A stretch of 64,000 nt of DNA from Octopus vulgaris (taxonomy: Eukaryota): NCBI GenBank assembly GCA_951406725.2, contig OX597820.1, positions 83,638,001-83,702,000 of the forward strand. Reading direction: 5' to 3'. This document shows positions 1 to 13,353 of this stretch, piece after piece. The notes beneath the pieces were generated by a model, which did no database searches, was not told where the DNA came from, and was given only the letters and a program-made list of their open reading frames with translations. Position 1 is the stretch's first letter. The number at the start of each line of letters is the position of its first letter. Made by a program: the position numbers and the translations under genes.

Positions 1-570
1 CACAAACACACACACACATACACACGCACGTACGCACGCACACGTATATGAATGTAAATCTATATCTCACTCCAATCACTCATACATACATACACACACA
101 CATACATATATATATTTATATGAGTGTGTGTCTGACAGAGAAAGAAAATTTATAGATAGATAGGGAATGAAGTAGAAATGAACGTATAAGGAAACAGAAA
201 TATTGCCATTCCACTTTAACATATGGAAGTCCTCTAAAGATCTATCATATATACGAGATGGCAAAAATGCACAAGACGTCACTGTTCCGTATCCTATGTA
301 TCTGAACATTTGCCATGAACGTACGCTTACCCACGTCCCATGATGCGAGTATCAAGTATATTAATCAAGATTTAAAGACCACCTATTGTAACAAATTCCT
401 TCACTAAACATTTTAAAATCATGAGTACATTATTTATTCTACCTAGTCGTGTTTGTCATGAAATGCCCTACACAAGCTCAACTTCAAAATTCTATTGGTA
501 ATGCTTTAGAGTCCGCGCATCTTTAGAGCCCTACACTATCATAATAGTAAATAGTAAGCAAAACAGGGGT

Positions 571-1045
571 ATACGAGGTGCGTTCAGAAAATATCTGACT
601 AAAAGAGATACTGTGTGGGCAAATCCCTTTGGTGAAACCATACCTGTGCGTGATTCAAAATCTTCACGCAGGTAATGCGGGTCATTTTTTTATAGTTATG
701 CCCAAAATATACACGGGTATTGTACTTTCGTCGGATTTTCCGTTTCGCGTCAGATGAACACATCAAGCAGAGATCATAAATCCATATCTCATCACCAATG
801 ATGGTGATGTTCATGAAGACTGGGCTGTGGTTTGCACATTCCAGCATGTCCCGAGAGATTCCCATGCGGAGTTGCTTCTGTTGCTCCTCCAACAACATGA
901 GGACGAACTTCGCAGATGCTCTCCGCATGGCTAAATAATCCATTAAAATGGAATGCATTGGTCCTGTTCTTATTCCTAATTCGTGAGGATTTTCCTGCTT
1001 TGTCACACGATGGTCTTCCATGACATACCCTCCTACTATTTTCAC
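571..1045 (-). mobile_element. Mariner-like transposase remnant, internally rearranged
   Basis: ORF 599-1045(-) reads ...ELGIRTGPMHSIL..LAMRRASAKFVLMLL..QKQLR..ITIIGDEIWIYD, i.e. mariner HTH2, a WVPHEL-equivalent and the first catalytic D (TGDE). A TIR-like TACGAGGTGCGTTCAGAAAATATC lies at ~572. Confidence 0.8.
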
Positions 1046-2260
1046 TTGCTATGAAACTTAAAATCAAAGATAGAGTAGAAGGATTCACCCAACGAAGAGC
1101 TTTTGTAACCTTCAAAGACCAAAAGACATTTTTAAGGAAAACCTTTAATTGTAGATAGATAAATACTTGAAAAAGTGAAATAAGTATTATTAGTATATCT
1201 ATATTAGACAACATCATAGGATGTTTACTCAATGAATAAGTAGCAATGCGATGATTGAAAAGATTAATAAGATTGAAGATAACTCCAAATGCATATTTAT
1301 CCAGCTATAGATTCTGGAGTTTTAAACTCTCTATCTCCAAAAACCTGCGCCAATAGGCACTTTGAATTTAGTAAAGCGTATATAACCGATACTAATACCA
1401 ATGTACATATAATGGATGCTAGAAAGCCATTACTTTTCCACGATAATTTCATCGCGACATCAGATAGCTCATCCGCAATAGCAACAAAATAAGGATGGTC
1501 GATTTGATGTCGCGATGGTTAGGTGTGATGTTGCATAGAGAGCGAATTTAGTTGGGTTTTATTTTCTAGATGTCCTTAAAAAGCGATAAATGAGACTGAC
1601 ATTAGGCTATACAAGGAAAACGGCCTCGGAGTGGTACACAACTTGGGTTATATAAGAAAAAATATACAAAATATTTAACAAATCTAAGGACTATAATTAA
1701 CACTAATCTTAAAAACTTAATTTCGTAGATACTAACATGATCCTTAATAGAGGCTAGTTTAAAACTTAACATAAACGAAATGAGGATACGGCATACATTG
1801 ACCGTCAATATATCTTCCGATAAAATCGCCTTCGAAACGGCTACTCATACAACAATGCCGCAATAGGGTGTAGCATAAAATATATTTACCCAAATATAAA
1901 TAGACACAAGAAGGTGTTAGCAGAGGACACTCTTATGGTACATTCCTCTTTGTAGTTGAACATAGCCATTAACATAACAATAACATTTCTAAAACTAATA
2001 CATAACCACTTCTGTCACCGACATAAATACTATAAGATCTTCAATAGACATACGGTTAAAGGTAGATATAGTAGCCTCCCCAATATAAGGTCGATTATAT
2101 TCAATCACAATAAAAACAACACTATTAGGAATACACACCAAAGGATTTTATAATTTTAGATTCCCAGATAGCTGTCCTGTGAACGGCAAGTACCTGGAGA
2201 AAAATCGGTGTACAAGGCCAATATCATCGGAATGACGGGGAAATATATACGCAGTATTTG
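1045..2260 (+). mobile_element. Degraded Penelope-like retroelement (RT + linker + start of GIY-YIG)
   Basis: Frameshifted motifs in order: AFVTFKDQK..CR.IN..KSEISIIS, FIQ.DI.EF.PSISKNL-like, IMDARKPLLF, FDVAM.RCD.A (FDVTMGSYDGAE-like), IRLYKENGLG (LYRDDGL-like), WYIP, HF..HKYYKIFNRHTVKGRYSSLPNI, SCPVNGKYL..VYKA. Confidence 0.8.
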
Positions 2261-3633
2261 CCTTAGTTCAGAGGCAAAACAAAAATACCAAAAAACATAT
2301 CTTATGGATACTGAAACAGAGAGGCGTGAGAAACCCCCAAATACCCTGAAGCATCCTTACTAGGGTGAGCTCGAAAATGGGACAAGGCACAAAAAACGAG
2401 CTTCGCATCAATTAATATTTAAGCATTATTACATTAAAAGGGAATCTTATAATTCTGCTTCTCATTTCGTCATTTAGCACGTCGGTAACGCTTTCACGTA
2501 ATCAAAGGAAAAAGAGGGAGACAGAAGAGAGGGAGAGAAAAAAGAGAGAGAAGCGTCCATAACATGAGGTAGAGGGAATGTAATTGTAACGCTTTCATGT
2601 GATTAGTTGAAGAGAAAGCGAGGTAAAAGAAAAAGGAGAAAGAAAAAGAGGATAATGTGACAGATGAGATAGAAAGTGAGAGAGAGAGAGAGAAGCGTCC
2701 ATGACGTGCAATAGGGGGAACATAATAAGTTTAGCAAAGGGGTGATGTATTGATGGAAGGAAATCACAGAGTGACAGAGAGAGAGAGATTGGAGAGGAGG
2801 TAGTGAAAGAGGGGAAAGAGAGGAGTGAGAGAGGGGGGAGAGATGATGATGGTGGTGGTGGAGATGTAGGTGTTGGAGATGGTGGTGGAGACTGGATAGT
2901 GCAATGTGTTTAATTTTTAAAAAAAATTGAAATAAGGTATTTTTAATATCACCTATCACGTAATGCATGCGTTTAAGTACAATTCCATGAAATATTCACG
3001 CTTATTTACGTGGCAGATATATGTAACTAGAGGTTGTATCATACGTACTGGATACATTTTTTTATGCGGAAAATAGAAAATACGAGTGAATATTTATTTT
3101 ATGAGTGCTGCTTATTCAATCTATAAAATTGTACAGAAAGTAAGTCATATTATTTCAATGTCTTGCATGAGATTATTTCAATGAGTACCAGATGAGACAA
3201 TATCTTTCCATACAGACACACCACAGGCAACGCTTTTTCTCTTTTGATAAGGTTTTCAGAAATAACCCAATAAGCTTACTAATAGTTCCGTTAAATAATC
3301 ATGAAACCCTTCGTGCACAAGCAGTATTTCACGCTCCCAAATTTCAAACAGAACCCCGCCTACTTATTTTGCTACTCCTCCAACCTGCATTGATTTCTTT
3401 CTCTAAACATCAATTATATTCATTATACACTGAGGAATATATATTTAAGACCGATGATAAAATTTTATTTTTACAAAATATTTTGTTACTAACACCATAT
3501 AAATTATTTGTATCTTTTACACCTTATGCAGAATTTATTTCTCTTTCGAATAATGCAGACAATAACTATTTTTATACAACTTGAAGAATTCTAATGCTAA
3601 ATTAGTATAAAATTTCAAATTTACCAGCAAAAT

Positions 3634-4797
3634 TAGTTTAAGACTATATAATATGCATGCACATTTTTTGCCACAATGGGTGGTCACACAACTAGCCTAA
3701 CTGCACTATATAGTGTTATAATCTAAGGTTATTATACAATTGATTTATAATGGGAAAACAACGTAGGTTCAGTCCAGTCACAAGAGCAAACGTCGTATTA
3801 CTCCACAAGAAAAAAGTTTCTTTTTCGAAAATCAGCAACCAACTAAAGTGCAGTAAAACTGCTTGCGTGCAAGCATGGAAGTTATACTCGGAGGCTGGTC
3901 AATATAAAGATCACAAAAGGAATGATGCCCCAAGAAAGACCGTCGAATCCACCAGCTTTCAGAAGGCAACCGGATGCTGACAGCCGTTGACATTTCTAAA
4001 CAATTGTCCAACGAGAACGGTGTTATTTTTACACCACAATCCGTCCGCAACCGTTTGAGAGAATTTGTACTACTTGGAGGAATCGCTAGGAAAAAGCCAA
4101 TAATATCCGAAAGAAATTGACTCAAAAATCTTAATTTCGCAAAAGGCCATGCTCAATGGACTGCCGAAGATTGGTGCGGAACCCTTTGAAGTGACGAGTC
4201 ACGCTTCTGTATATTTGGATCAGATGGTAAAACATACGCCAGACGTCGCCCAACCGAGGAATTCCATCCGAAATGCGTGAAAAAGATGGTGCAATGGGGT
4301 GGGTATGTGATGGTGTGGGCGGCATTTAATAGCTTTGGTGTTAGCCCTCTAGTTAAAGCTGATGGAAAGCTAAATAGTGTAGGTTATATAAATCTACTAA
4401 AGGATAATGTTGTGCCATATTTGACTCACCAATTGCCTCGGGGGGGGGGGGATTATGTGCAGGACTATAGTCCTGTGCACAAAGCCAAAAAGGTTATGGA
4501 ATTTTTTGATCACCATAATATTGACGTAATCGTATGGCCTCCCCAAAGCATGGACCTGAATCCGATCAAGAACTTATGGAATTATGTTTCAAAAAAGTAC
4601 ATGCTAAAAAACCATCTAATCTAAAACAATTATTCGATTATATCAATGAAATTTCGCAAAACATTCCCATAGAATTTTGTAATCCCTTAGCGAATTCAAT
4701 GCCGAGGCGTTGTCCAGCCGTATTAAGAATAAAGGCTACGGCACGAAATACTATGTATTTCGTACTTGTTGCTCATTTTTGCTACAATCTTAAGCTA
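3634..4797 (+). mobile_element. Near full-length Tc1-family (DD34E) transposon, pseudogenised
   Basis: Frameshifted transposase 3750-~4755 with MGK..HTH, SDES (~4191), VMVWAAF, VQDYSPVH and WPPQSMDLNPIKNLW. Imperfect TIRs TAGTTTAAGACTATA / TACAATCTTAAGCTA with TA ends. Confidence 0.88.
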
Positions 4798-4814
4798 TAT
4801 ATATATAAATATAC

Positions 4815-5887
4815 ACACAGTGTGGAGCAGAGAGGACGGAAATTTTTGAAATGGCTATTATTCAGCTTCAGGGTAGGGGCATATGTCCAACAGGAACTAT
4901 TCGGTCACTGATGTCTTCACAGCATTTTTTTCAGGTGATGCCATAGCGCTGTGGACGACAAATCCTCACGTTTTTCCCTACGTACACAAGGTACATAAAT
5001 AGGACACTGGTGGGGGTCGCCACGAACTGTACGGACCACGGAAATATGTAACGCGTCAGACAAGCTTTGTTACGGAGTATGAATCGTTCTGGTCGGAGGC
5101 ATTCCACTGAACTGAACACCGGTAATTGATCGGCAAGGCGTATTTTGCATGAAGACCTGCATTTCCACTGTACAAATTCGTCATTGAGAAACATTTGAAA
5201 CCATGGGAATATACTCAGCGGCTTAACTTCGTAGGTTAGATAAAAGCAGTTTATGAAGCAAATGACTCATTTTGTTAATAAGAGATGAAGCTTATATTCA
5301 TTTCAATGGCATGGTGAATCAATATAACTGTGGTTATTGGAGCTCTTGAAAATCTGAGAAAACTGCAGTAAGGACGCTCTTGCGCACTGTGCGAAAAGCT
5401 GCATTCATTGGTGGACATGCTGTTACCGTGAACGACGAGCGTTACATCAAGACCATAAACAACTTCTTTGTACCTGAATTACGATGGAAACGTATGCCTA
5501 TTCGACGTGTGTGGTTTCAGCAGAATGGGGCGACCCCCAAACAGCCAGAGCATCAATGGTCGCTCTTCGCCTTCTCATCGGTGACCGCCTCATTTCCAGG
5601 TTTGCTGATATTCCTTGCCACTCTCCCATTCGAGTCCCTGATTTGTCCATGTGTGATTATTTCTTGTGGGGAAATCTCAAGGAACATGTGTATGCGCATA
5701 TATTCCGTACATTGGGCGATTTGAAGGAAGATATTCACGAAGAAGTTGCCCAAATCAACAGAACAATGGTGGTGAGGACGGATGCCGAATTCCAAGGACG
5801 CCTTCAGAAATGCACTAATGAAAAGGAACACCCCATGACGGATGTTCTGTTCCACACTTGATTTTAACGAATGCTAAATCAATACCG

Positions 5888-5895
<8 letters not shown>
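4815..5895 (+). mobile_element. Tc1/mariner-superfamily remnant (DD37D/DD41D-like)
   Basis: Motifs DEAYIHFNG.VN..NC.YW, TVNDERY, VWFQQNGAT and PDLSMCDYFLWGNLKEHVY; multiple frameshifts. Confidence 0.8.
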
Positions 5896-5959
<64 letters not shown>

Positions 5960-5961
<2 letters not shown>

Positions 5962-6185
5962 TGTGTGTGGCTCTCTCCCCCTCTGTCTGCGTGTGTACCG
6001 TTGGCGATGTTTTTCCTCCGTCTTCCTTTCCTGGCATCTTTCCTTTTCCTATGTATCTGACGAAGAGCTCCGCTCGAAAGGTTAGATCCTCCTTCTTTCC
6101 TTCCTTTCCTGAGCGTCCAATAACACCATACTTGTTCTACGTCCTCGCGTTGTTGTGTTTTCTCTTTGTATTTTCATGTTTGGAT

Positions 6186-6190
<5 letters not shown>
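5960..6190 (+). mobile_element. Solo PLE pseudo-LTR with hammerhead-like motif
   Basis: CTGACGAAGAGCTCCGCTCGAAA at 6057-6079 (core, GAGC/GCTC stem II, GAAA). Homologous to 52620-52810(-), which lies downstream of a PLE ORF. Flanked by (TA)n. Confidence 0.65.
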
Positions 6191-6232
<42 letters not shown>

Positions 6233-6282
6233 GCATATATAACATATATAAATATATATATATATGTACACGCATATATAAC

Positions 6283-6325
<43 letters not shown>

Positions 6326-8374
6326 GTGTATATTTATGGGTTTGTGTATTCATATATGTACATATCGGAGTATGTGCAGAAAACCGAAGATATGTTTCAT
6401 CTTATGAATATTTTATAGGAACATTTGTCATTAAATCATGCTTCGCTCATGTTCATCGTTTCCTCGGTAAATAGGAATGCATATACCTAAGGTCTGTATA
6501 CACAAACTACGTTTTGTTGCATTAAACAGCAACTAACGAGAACACACTAAACTTCATTAATATTCTATGTCATGTAATATCATGATGTACATGCAAAATT
6601 ACATTGCATATCGTTTACAAAAATCAGTGGTTATTGCAATATATATATATATAGCATGAGGTATATAATAATGTGCTTAACACCTTGGAAAATGTCTTCA
6701 TGTGTGAAATAAGATATGCCCTATAAAATATATTTGACGGAAATCCGTTCATGTAATCATAATATCCAAGCATAGAGGAATACTAGCAGAATGTACTTAT
6801 AATAGCATTTTGTTTATTGGTGAAGATTTACTAAGAATTAGTTATGTATGATCGCGTACATCATTGTATTAAATCAAATTCAACTACAATGTTAGACTCT
6901 AACAAACAGACACAAAACAACTACGCAAGGGAATATATGTATGTACTTAGAAGAGTAAACACATTGTGTCATTTATTCGCACGCTCGCAAACATAAACCA
7001 GCGTACATACTACACACGTATTACATGTGTAGTCCACACTAGCCTTCTCTGAAGAAATTCCTCCAGTCTAGAGATCGTAGCTAATAACCTTACATAATGT
7101 CCCGGGCATGCGACATATATTAATATTTTCGTTCATATTTATGGACGTTTCCGTATTATCAACATTATTGTTTCCAATTTCCCACCGGGTATCAAAAACA
7201 GTTTTTGGAAATTGTTAGAATCGTAAAGAGGCCTTATCCCTTGAGTTCAAAGACCAGAAAAACCTGACGCCTCGCATGGCAGCTTGCGATCTGTGAGAAG
7301 TATCAAATAACATCATCAGTGGTAAGATGCTGCAAATCTATTGCATTACCATAATATAGATACGGAGAATTAAGTCTGAGCAGCGGATGTGCCGGAATCG
7401 ACATTCAATTGCGTTCTGAATTACATATAGTGGAAGCAAGTCAACTGTGATAGCAACGGATTGTCCAACTTACTTGTCTCTTTGATATCGCATGTTAAAA
7501 TTGCGAGCCGAGTTTAGGGAAAAATAATGGGGCTCCTTTTAATGTTTTTTGCCTGGCTTTGTGTTTTAATTTACCTTTCAAAAGCATAGGCAAGTAGATG
7601 GGATGATATACGATCGTAATAGATAAGAATAAAGGTTTTTTTAAATAATCTGCGAAATTTTAAAGATTCTTTTGGTACAATGATAAAATGTTCACCATGT
7701 ATACAACGGATGTGACTTCGCGTTACAAGGGCTTTTCAACAGAAAATTTGCATGACATTATCTATAGCTCTATATGTACTTCGAAAACTAATTCCCGAAT
7801 GAATTATACACACACATATACATATATACATAAGTACATTCACGCAACCAGACACACACACACACACATATAAGATATTCAAACAATTCTAGATGCTTGT
7901 CTTAAAGTTAATGATATAAAATATTAAAGCGGGTTCTTGGGAGGGTTCTTTTGCTTTATGTCTCATCAAAAGTCGATTTCTAATTTCAGAGCGATGCTAT
8001 GAGTGCATAGCTCAGAGCCATATACGAAATGTTTCAGACATGAACCAACGTACAACTAGCCTTCTGCTTTATATATATTTTTATATCATACGCTTGATTC
8101 AAACCTATTAAAACTAACAAACATACCAACATGGTAACGTATGATGTAGAAACGCACACGCCCACACACACACACACATACACACACACGCACACACGCC
8201 CACACACACACACACCGAGTACCAAATTACTAATATTATGTTTAAAATATAATTTTACGTCAAAATATTGATTTTCATTTATTTACTTATTTTGTAACTG
8301 CTGTGATAGTGTATTGATAATTATGTTAAAACTAGTAGTAATATGTGTGTGTGATGTGTGTCTGTGTGTGAGTT

Positions 8375-8410
<36 letters not shown>

Positions 8411-9148
8411 TATATAGATAGATATATGTACGAACGTGTATATGTGCATGTTGTGTTACTTCTATCTGTATATCTCAGTGAGTATCTGTATGTATGGTTG
8501 CGTGTATGAATGTGCGTGAGTGTCTGTATTTATATAAATGTGTGTACAGTTGTGTAGATTTTATGGCTACCGTTCGATCAATACGCAGATATTTCAATGT
8601 TGGAAATATTTAAGATTTAATTAGTTATCATACACATTCTAAACTTTTGCATTGACTCTCGTGTTTCTTTTCTTTCTTGACAGAAAACCATCTCATCAAC
8701 ATAAAATATATTACTTATCAATCTCTGTAGAACATTTCGTGCCCAGAGTACATATTGGGAAACAAGGTAGAGCCGCAATGACACATAACCGCAGACATAT
8801 ACAGAGGCGGGCAAACGCATGCTGACACACAGTTGCTTTATATGTTCGTGAAGTGTCTCTGACAACCACTCATACACACTCTGCTTTGATATTGAGCATT
8901 AACACATTAATGCTGTATGTCATAAAAAAAGACACAATTACGTGGATCAATTAATGCGACAGTATTAACGCTATTCAAAATATAAATTGAAATAAATGTA
9001 CTCACCAACACATACACACATCCACATACAGAAACACCCACATACATACGCATGCATGTGCTCAGACACTTGTATATATAAACGTATGTATATGAGTAAA
9101 TATATTTGTGAGTTTGTATATATATATATATATATATTTATGTGTGTG

Positions 9149-9213
<65 letters not shown>

Positions 9214-9342
9214 GTAAATATATGTATATATATATATATTTATATTTGCGTATATATATATATACATAAATACGTATATACATACACATATTATATATAT
9301 ATATATATATATATATACATACAGATAGATAGATCGATAGAT

Positions 9343-9381
<39 letters not shown>

Positions 9382-10206
9382 TATGTAGGTCCATATTCCT
9401 CGTGATCATGTCTAAACTATAGCACTGATTTACATTTGAGAATAACCGTTGAATAAAATAGCAGACGAGTTGCAATTAGTGACGTTTCTATTCGGATCTT
9501 GCCAGCGTTGTCTTAATTTTCTATTTTCTACTAATTTTCTTTTCCTTATCATGTCGATTCTACCCAAAGCCTTTCATTATATTTAAAATTGTAACGGTTA
9601 TCATATTACATCGGATAATTTAATAACTACAGGTAAAGTCAAAATTACTCCTACTCAACTTCGCTCTCACACTCGCTCTTAAAGCGTGGGTATATGTATT
9701 TGGATAGGTGATATTCTCGTTAAAACAGACAAGATCATCAAACTACAATAAAAGATTCATGTCATATTTAAAACTAGAGTATCGTATTTATGACTTCAGA
9801 TTTCCAGTTTGCATCTGCTCCCTTTCCAATGCCATACTCTTATCACACCGCCGTCGCACAACTCTTCTTCTACGAGCCTTCATATTATAAATCAATAATC
9901 GTATCTCGATTCCAAGGAATCATGGTGCTGTTTATGTATCTGTCTACCTTTGTAACTGTGTTAAGATTATTCTGCCAAGAAGTTTAGATTTGGGATTAAA
10001 TCATAGAAAAGACACTAGATTCCCATTTCCATTCTCTGCGACCTACTCGAGAAGTAGCTCTTGTACACATAAGGTAACATGATTGAGCACTAGGTTAATG
10101 TGTTGTTTAGCAAGTTTATAACCGTTGTACGACGGTTCGAAGAAGACGCACGTTTTGTATATATATATATATATATATATTGAAATATTTTTATATATAC
10201 ATATTC

Positions 10207-10413
10207 TTTTCTATATTTAAGAGATGAGGAATTGTGTACATTATTTACGTCATTTACATTCGACGGATATTTGTCCTCATCTTGTTTGTTTTTAACACAA
10301 ATTTTCAGCTGATATATTCTCCAGCCTGCTTCAGGTGTCTTGGAATCGAACTCAGAATATTGGGCTTAGTAGCCCGCGCTCTTTAGCATTATGCCATATG
10401 CCCACGGGCATAT
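10207..10413 (-). mobile_element. tRNA-head + hammerhead-tail short element (internally deleted copy)
   Basis: Homologous to 48064-48485(+) and 23558-23861(-). The reverse strand has the tRNA-like head with A/B boxes, then GACAC-CTGAAGCA-GGCTG..CAGCT-GAAA..GTGTT (10303-10334). Confidence 0.65.
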
Positions 10414-10440
10414 TAGAGGCCAGCATATCATAATGGTTTA

Positions 10441-10618
10441 TCTATATATATATATAACTGAAAATGTGTGTGTGTGTGTGTGTGTGTGTCTGTTTGTCCC
10501 TTTGTATGTATGTGTGCATCAGTAAAACTCGAGAACTATCCAACTGATTTCATTCAAATTTTACATATGCCTTACTTCAGGTCCATACAGTGTCATGGGC
10601 CAAAACTTTTTCAACTTT
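10441..10618 (+). mobile_element. Non-autonomous Helitron-like 5' end
   Basis: Starts TCTATATATATA, then a GT/TCTG microsatellite and AACTCGAGAACTATCCAACTGATTTCATTCAAATTT, a layout typical of invertebrate Helitron-derived repeats. Interrupted by the element at 10619. Confidence 0.45.
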
Positions 10619-12860
10619 TTATTTCATTATATTGGTCATAACGCCTTACACAGAGAAAGGAAGCTGCGGGCTGGACGTAGACATAATTTTATATGAAATG
10701 AAAATAAAAATGATGATTAATGGGGGAAACAAAACGACGTCCGCCGATCGATTTTTCCCGAGGATATTGATCTCTTGTATATTGTTCATGAGGCAACAAA
10801 CCTCTACACTGTTCCCAATATTTAATAATAAAAGGAACTTCCAATAACACTGAGGCTTTTCAACCTCTTATCCATATTCATCCTCAACATTGCTTGTGCC
10901 CGCATCCTCCACCAACACCCACGCCCCATTCAAAATCAAAGCGGGTGCGGTGTCGGTTTCGCCCGGGTACAAGCGATATGTCTCATTGAGTCCCTCCAGC
11001 CTCTACGTCACGGGCAACGTTATGACCTCCACATCTATCTGCGGAGGTCATTCGAGACCATGTGTGCAGGCTAAATGTGCTCCGTTATGGCGCTTTTCCA
11101 CCACATTTTCAAGCTCTCCGCCTCTATAGAAGAAGACAAATAATTCGTCTTCCTCCGGGGGCGAGCTATCCAATCCTACTGTTGGCGGCACAGTTCCCAC
11201 CAGCGGTGTATCTTCCCCTGCCTGTGGAACAACCCCAACCGACGAGGTTCGGGACATTCCTGTACTATGTCACCGACAGCTGGCAATGTCCCATTTCTCT
11301 TCCTCTTCCTCTTTTTTTACTTTTCAACTGAGTGAGGATGCGTGTCCTCCATGACCGGGAGATTCGGCTCCCCTTCCTCATCCCTAAAATGTTTCGGTGA
11401 GCACCCATTATTGCTCACCTTCTTCCTCTTGCGGCCCTTCTTTGAGGAGTCTTTCCCCTCCTAGACTGCTTTTATTCCCTCTTCTACAGAGGACTCAATC
11501 AACTGCTCCAGGACCTTACTTTGTTCCTGGAGACAGCTATTCTTTATATGGCCAGGCTCCAGACAGCGATGACACCTGGAGGGCGACCCTCAAGAATCAC
11601 CGAGTTATTGCACCCGGCCATTTTCATAAAATCTGTAAAAACCAGACCCAACCCAATCAGCCGAAGGAAAAGATTCACATTAAGGAGCTTGACTCCGCTG
11701 CCACCCAGGCCCCAGCAGATAGTCTGCTCTATCCACTAAGATTTTATACAGGGTGGCAACCCGCAGACCCAAGCTCTTGTCAACCTCTTCCCAAAATACG
11801 TGTGGAGAAACAAAATGTCCTTGCCTCTAAGGGCTGGCTCGCAAATTTGCCAGCCTCTTCAGGGGTGTCAAATACCAACCACACCTTTGCATATTTGACA
11901 CACTGGAAATGAATTTAATTGTTGGCAAATACTCTGCCAACACTTTTTCAATTACAGCCTTTTCAAATTGGGCGATGGTGTCGAGTGACTTGGGGTAGGT
12001 CTTCAACACCACCGTCTTCTCTTTACTGTCTTTCAACCACTGTTTGGGTGGTATAATTTCCCACTCCAAAATATTGTCTTTTCTCATTGCCATGTTTTTT
12101 TTAACAGTTCCAGAATAGTTCAAAATAAAACTTAAAAAGGGAGAAGAAAGAAGAAATCAAAATAAAGTCACAATAAAATGGAACGAAGTAAAGGAGAACA
12201 ATTCGCGAAAAAGAAAGTAAAAATGTTTAGAAGAAAGAAGGTCAATAGTTCAAAAACACAGCAAAATAAATCTTCCGGCCACTAGGTACTCCCGGCCATG
12301 TTCGAACCCGGAACGTCACAGCAGGAACAAAACTTCCCCAAAAACTGGTATACAAGTTGTTCAATCTTCGAAGGCAAAGGGTCTCTCCCAAAACAGCAAT
12401 TCCCACAATTATTTTAAATATTCGCAAAAAGTGAAAACAATGTTAGTAGGCACGAAACGCCCCCAAGCAACAATTCTCACAATTAAGTGAGAAAATTATT
12501 CACTTAACGTGAACTACTTACTTGGAAGATGGATACGCCCCCAAACAAAAATTCTCACAATTAAGTAAGAAAAAATATTCACTCCACTGCATGTAGACCA
12601 GAGTTTAGAATCCAATGAGGAGTTCTTGTTTGTAAAAAAGCTATTGCCACAAGCAACAACCCCCACTAGACCCCAAAACAAGAGTCTTACCTTACAGGTG
12701 AGCTTCAAAATTTTTCAGTTCAAGATGGTTTCAAAAGCACGTCTTCACCACTTCAGTGCCAAACACAGTTTTCAACTTATTGCCTATTGCGAGCCCGGAG
12801 CAATCTCTTATCTCAAAAGTGAAACAACATGTCGGTTGTAACGTAAGATATACTTTGAAT
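10619..12860 (-). mobile_element. ORF1-only (gag-like, CCHC) non-LTR element, decayed
   Basis: ORF starts ~12123(-). VILEGRPP is followed by C-H-R-C-L-E-P-G-H-I-K-N-S-C (CX2CX4HX4C, 11533-11574). The 5' region has a duplicated ~45-bp unit (12459-12505, 12537-12585). The 3' end has AATAAA at ~10620. No RT or endonuclease motifs seen. Confidence 0.65.
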
Positions 12861-12944
12861 ATGTATATAATATATAACTTTGATAATTTTGATAGGTTTG
12901 GGCCTGATACTATTATATCACATATAAACATGCATATATACTTT

Positions 12945-13164
12945 TTACTCTTTTACTAGTTTCAGTCATTTGATTGCGGCCAGGCTGGAGCCCCACCTTA
13001 ATTGGGCAAATCGAGGCCAGAGATTATTCTTTGTAAGCCTAGTACTTATTCTCAGTCTCTTTTGCCGAACCGCTAAGTTACGAGGGAGCAAACACACCAG
13101 CATTGGTTGACAAGCTATGTTGGGGGACACAAAGACAAACATGCAAACATATACACACGCTTTT

Positions 13165-13199
<35 letters not shown>

Positions 13200-13352
13200 C
13201 ATACATACATATATGACGGACTTTTACCAGTTTCCGTCTACCAAATCCACTCACAAGGCTTTGGACGGCCCGAGGCTATAGTAGAAGACACTTGCTAAAA
13301 GTGCCACGCAATGGGACTGAACCTAGGACCATGTGGTTCGTAAGCACGCTAC
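12945..13352 (-). mobile_element. tRNA-derived SINE (family A)
   Basis: Homologous to 52105-52490: B-box-like GGTTCAGTCCC, GCCTTGTGAGTGGATTTGGTAGACGGAAAC core, internal TA/TG microsatellite and GTAAAAGA tail. Confidence 0.8.
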
Positions 13353-13353
13353 A

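Noticed and set aside
1450-1517. 13-bp inverted repeat CATCGCGACATCA / TGATGTCGCGATG as a terminator or regulatory hairpin
   Set aside because: It lies inside decayed PLE RT coding sequence; most simply a local template-switch duplication.
5858-6474. ORFs rich in YI/IY, CV/VC or HT repeats (here and throughout the window)
   Set aside because: They are stop-free translations of (TA)n, (TG)n and (CA)n microsatellites, not genes.
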